A stretch of DNA of 38,373 nt, taken from IMG/VR virus record IMGVR_UViG_3300025647_000098, positions 1 to 38,373 of that record; one strand, given 5' to 3'. Under the pieces are notes generated by a model. It was not told the DNA's origin and searched no databases. It worked only from the letters and a program-made list of their open reading frames with translations. A program made the position numbers and the translations under genes. This document shows positions 35,807-38,373 of the stretch, piece after piece; the stretch's first letter is position 1, and each line of letters opens with the position of its first letter. This stretch comes from a virus (lineage: Duplodnaviria; Caudoviricetes).

Positions 35807-37456
35807 TTATACTATTGCTATTCTTGCGTTTGCTTGTATTGTTAATGTTCTGTTTGCTGCAACTGTGATTGGACCAGCAGCAAGCGCGTTATTACCTGAG
35901 TATATAGTTGTGTTCGTAGTTAGCGTATCTGTATGAACACGGAAGATGTCACCAAGTCCAGTTGCGATTCCTGTATCTCCATTATTGCCTTGGAAATATC
36001 CGCCGCCACTAGCACCCTGAATACCTTGTGTGCCAATAGCGCCCTGAGTTCCTGTTGCACCCTGAGTTCCTGTTGTACCTTGACGACCTTGAATACCCTG
36101 TGCACCAGTAGTACCTTGTGATCCAGTTGATCCAGTAGCACCTTGACTTCCTGTAGCGCCTGTTGTTCCTTGAGTGCCTGTAGTACCTTGTGATCCAGTT
36201 GATCCAGTTGCACCTTGAGTACCAGTAGCACCTTGTGTACCAGTAGCGCCTTGTGATCCAGTAGCACCAGTTGTACCCTGACTTCCTGTAGCACCAGTTG
36301 ATCCAGTGGTACCTTGACTTCCTGTAGCGCCAGTCGTACCTTGTGATCCAGTTGATCCAGTAGCACCAGTTGTACCCTGACTTCCTGTTGTACCTTGAGT
36401 ACCTGTAGTACCTTGACTTCCTGTAGCACCAGTTGATCCAGTGGTACCTTGAGAACCAGTTGCACCAGTTGCACCAGTTGATCCAGTGGTACCTTGAGTA
36501 CCTGTAGTACCTTGACTTCCTGTAGCACCAGTTGATCCAGTGGTACCTTGAGAACCAGTTGCACCAGTTGATCCAGTGGTACCTTGAGTACCTGTAGTAC
36601 CCTGAGAACCAGTGGTACCTTGAGAACCTGTTGTACCTTGACTTCCTGTAGCACCAGTTGATCCAGTAGCACCAGTTGTTCCTTGTGATCCAGTAGCGCC
36701 AGTCGTACCTTGAGATCCAGTTGATCCAGTAGCACCAGTTGTACCCTGACTTCCTGTAGCACCAGTCGTACCTTGAGATCCAGTTGATCCAGTAGCACCA
36801 GTTGTACCCTGACTTCCTGTAGCACCAGTTGATCCAGTAGCACCAGTTGTACCCTGACTTCCTGTAGCACCAGTTGATCCAGTGGTACCTTGAGTACCTG
36901 TAGTACCCTGACTTCCTGTAGCACCAGTTGATCCAGTGGTACCTTGAGTACCTGTAGTACCCTGACTTCCTGTAGCACCAGTTGATCCAGTGGTACCTTG
37001 AGTACCTGTAGTACCCTGAGAACCAGTGGTACCTTGAGAACCTGTTGTACCTTGACTTCCTGTAGCACCTTGAATGTTTGTTGGACTACCATTGATGAAG
37101 AATGCTGTTGCATTTACACCACCAACAACATCAACCTTATAATTAGCATCTGATCTACCTACAGCAACATTACCGCCAAATTCTGCTAGTGTGACTAGAC
37201 CACTTGCATCAACTTCTAATGAAGGAATACCAGAAACGTCATTGACGCTAAAAATTGTGCCTGTTAGATCATTGGTAATAGAGAATAGCTGGCCAGCAGA
37301 ACCCTCAAATGAAAGCGTTCCGTTAGATGTTGGATACACGCGAAGAGTGATATCGGTGTTGACAGAAGTGTTACCACCCGAGAACTGAATCTTAGGATCG
37401 TCTGTTGATGAACCGATATTCGGTGTGATAACTATGTTTTTGTAAGTATTAGCCAT
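35807..37456 (-). CDS. Collagen-like fibre protein
   Basis: About 118 consecutive Gly-X-Y triplets flanked by globular N- and C-terminal domains. Confidence 0.9.
   Translation of the reverse strand: MANTYKNIVITPNIGSSTDDPKIQFSGGNTSVNTDITLRVYPTSNGTLSFEGSAGQLFSITNDLTGTIFSVNDVSGIPSLEVDASGLVTLAEFGGNVAVGRSDANYKVDVVGGVNATAFFINGSPTNIQGATGSQGTTGSQGTTGSQGTTGTQGTTGSTGATGSQGTTGTQGTTGSTGATGSQGTTGTQGTTGSTGATGSQGTTGATGSTGATGSQGTTGATGSTGSQGTTGATGSQGTTGATGSTGSQGTTGATGSQGTTGATGSTGATGSQGTTGSQGTTGSQGTTGTQGTTGSTGATGSQGTTGSTGATGSQGTTGTQGTTGSTGATGATGSQGTTGSTGATGSQGTTGTQGTTGSQGTTGATGSTGSQGTTGATGSQGTTGSTGATGSQGTTGATGSQGATGTQGATGTQGATGSTGSQGTTGTQGTTGATGSQGATGSTGSQGTTGAQGIQGRQGTTGTQGATGTQGAIGTQGIQGASGGGYFQGNNGDTGIATGLGDIFRVHTDTLTTNTTIYSGNNALAAGPITVAANRTLTIQANARIAIV
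36008..37069 (-). repeat. 9-bp-periodic collagen repeat array ([15 protein letters not shown])
   Basis: 1062 bp = 118 triplets, with nested higher-order duplications. Confidence 0.9.
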
Positions 37457-37461
37457 GTTGG

Positions 37462-37469
37462 TATTTATA
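37462..37469 (-). promoter_or_regulatory. Late promoter TATAAATA, 5 nt upstream of the collagen ATG
   Basis: TATAAATA-CCAAC-ATG; overlaps the upstream TAA. Confidence 0.7.
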
Positions 37470-38238
37470 TTCCAAATCTACCGCGAAGCGCGTTAAAGTT
37501 CTGTTGGATTTCTGCTGTTGACAAAGCTACATTATAAATTTTACAGCTATAATAATTTCCTTTAAAAACACCATCATTACCATTAAAATTATGACCGATA
37601 TATGTCGGATCGTTTGCAACAGCAGCAATAGCTCCTCCAGTAACACTTAAAGAACCAATTAGTGTGTCATTCATGTAACATAATATAGTAGTATTTGATG
37701 AAACTACAAATGTTAAAACGATAACTCTATTCAACATTGACGGAACAGTAAAATTATGATACTGTAAACTTTCTGGACTTGTTCTTTTTATAAAAGTTAC
37801 TGAAGTATCACTATTTAATTGTGTAGCATAGTTATAAGTTGCTGCTGTTCCTTTTGTAAAAAGTTGATTTGTTAAACCATAATAGGCATTAGGTTGATAT
37901 CCTGAAGGTTTAAATATCTGTTCTATAGAAAAATTCTGTGTTAGTGAAAGTTTAGAATCTACTGCTAGATTTCCAACTGTAGCAAATCTAGCAGTATTGG
38001 AACTGGGAATTAAAGATCCGCCAGAGTCGTTGCTGAAAGTGCCATTGTTGATCGTTGCATTAATTGGACTGCTTGTTAAGTCTGTCCATGTTGAACCAGA
38101 ACCAGGATATGACTGCGTAACTGCGGCATCAATGTGATATACAAGACCAGTTTGAACTATGCCTTTCGTAGCAATATGATATCTGCCATCATTGGTTCCG
38201 TCTGTCCACCAATCTGCAGGTCCAGCATATACACTCAT
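37465..38238 (-). CDS. LamG/concanavalin-like lectin-fold virion protein
   Basis: GLV.H.DA....[12 protein letters not shown] ... [22 protein letters not shown]. Confidence 0.75.
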   Translation of the reverse strand: MSVYAGPADWWTDGTNDGRYHIATKGIVQTGLVYHIDAAVTQSYPGSGSTWTDLTSSPINATINNGTFSNDSGGSLIPSSNTARFATVGNLAVDSKLSLTQNFSIEQIFKPSGYQPNAYYGLTNQLFTKGTAATYNYATQLNSDTSVTFIKRTSPESLQYHNFTVPSMLNRVIVLTFVVSSNTTILCYMNDTLIGSLSVTGGAIAAVANDPTYIGHNFNGNDGVFKGNYYSCKIYNVALSTAEIQQNFNALRGRFGI

Positions 38239-38373
38239 ATTCCAAACCTTCCTCTTAGAGCATTGAAGTTTTGCTGAACTTCTCCCGCTGATATTGCGCG
38301 ATTGTAAATCTTATACGTATTGCAATATCCTCTAAATTGCATATTGTCGCCTCTGGTATGTCCGTTAAACAAC
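38235..38373 (-). CDS. 3' end of a paralogous LamG-like protein (runs off the right edge)
   Basis: Manual translation: ...[26 protein letters not shown]; ATGA overlap with the next gene. Confidence 0.75.
   Translation of the reverse strand, partial: LFNGHTRGDNMQFRGYCNTYKIYNRAISAGEVQQNFNALRGRFGI

Noticed and set aside
35920-37113. 397-aa Leu/Val/Gln-rich ORF overlapping the collagen gene
   Set aside because: Shadow frame of the 9-bp periodic collagen repeat, which lacks stops by composition; no RBS or independent support.
347-37388. All plus-strand ORFs in the track
   Set aside because: Short, antisense to well-supported minus-strand genes, with no recognisable motifs.
37465-38373. Possible DGR template/variable repeat pair
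   Set aside because: Differences are synonymous and not adenine-specific; no reverse transcriptase in the window.
1-38373. Stop-codon reassignment or tRNA genes
   Set aside because: Core genes translate full length in the standard code and end in TAA, TGA or TAG; no cloverleaf seen in the short intergenic gaps.

Overview
Fragment of a T4-like myophage genome (T4 superfamily). Every credible gene is on the minus strand. In transcription order (right to left) it contains five blocks. (1) A modular fibre/adhesin cassette: two LamG-like paralogs, a proline-free Gly-X-Thr/Gln collagen of about 118 triplets, small adaptor proteins, a Gly-rich fibre, a fibre-assembly-like protein and a tandem two-domain 2OG-Fe(II) oxygenase. 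(2) The conserved morphogenesis core gp13-14-15-16-17-18-19-20-(67/68-like)-21-22-23-3. It is interrupted by several genes carrying capsid-targeting-like N-termini, including an Alt-like ADP-ribosyltransferase and two probable gp21-processed polyproteins. (3) The uvsY-uvsW-gp55-gp47-gp46 block. (4) A three-gene putative DNA-hypermodification module: a 'WxGMPEF' small protein, an FkbM-type methyltransferase and a TAGT/GREB1-like glycosyltransferase. (5) An early region with sigma70 promoters, a sigma32-like promoter driving an unannotated 45-aa ORF, a zincin-vWA (CobT-like) protein and the start of a probable CobS/MoxR AAA+ ATPase. T4-type late promoters (TATAAATA/CATAAATA) and two intrinsic terminators are visible. 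All product calls come from motif and synteny recognition; no database search was run.
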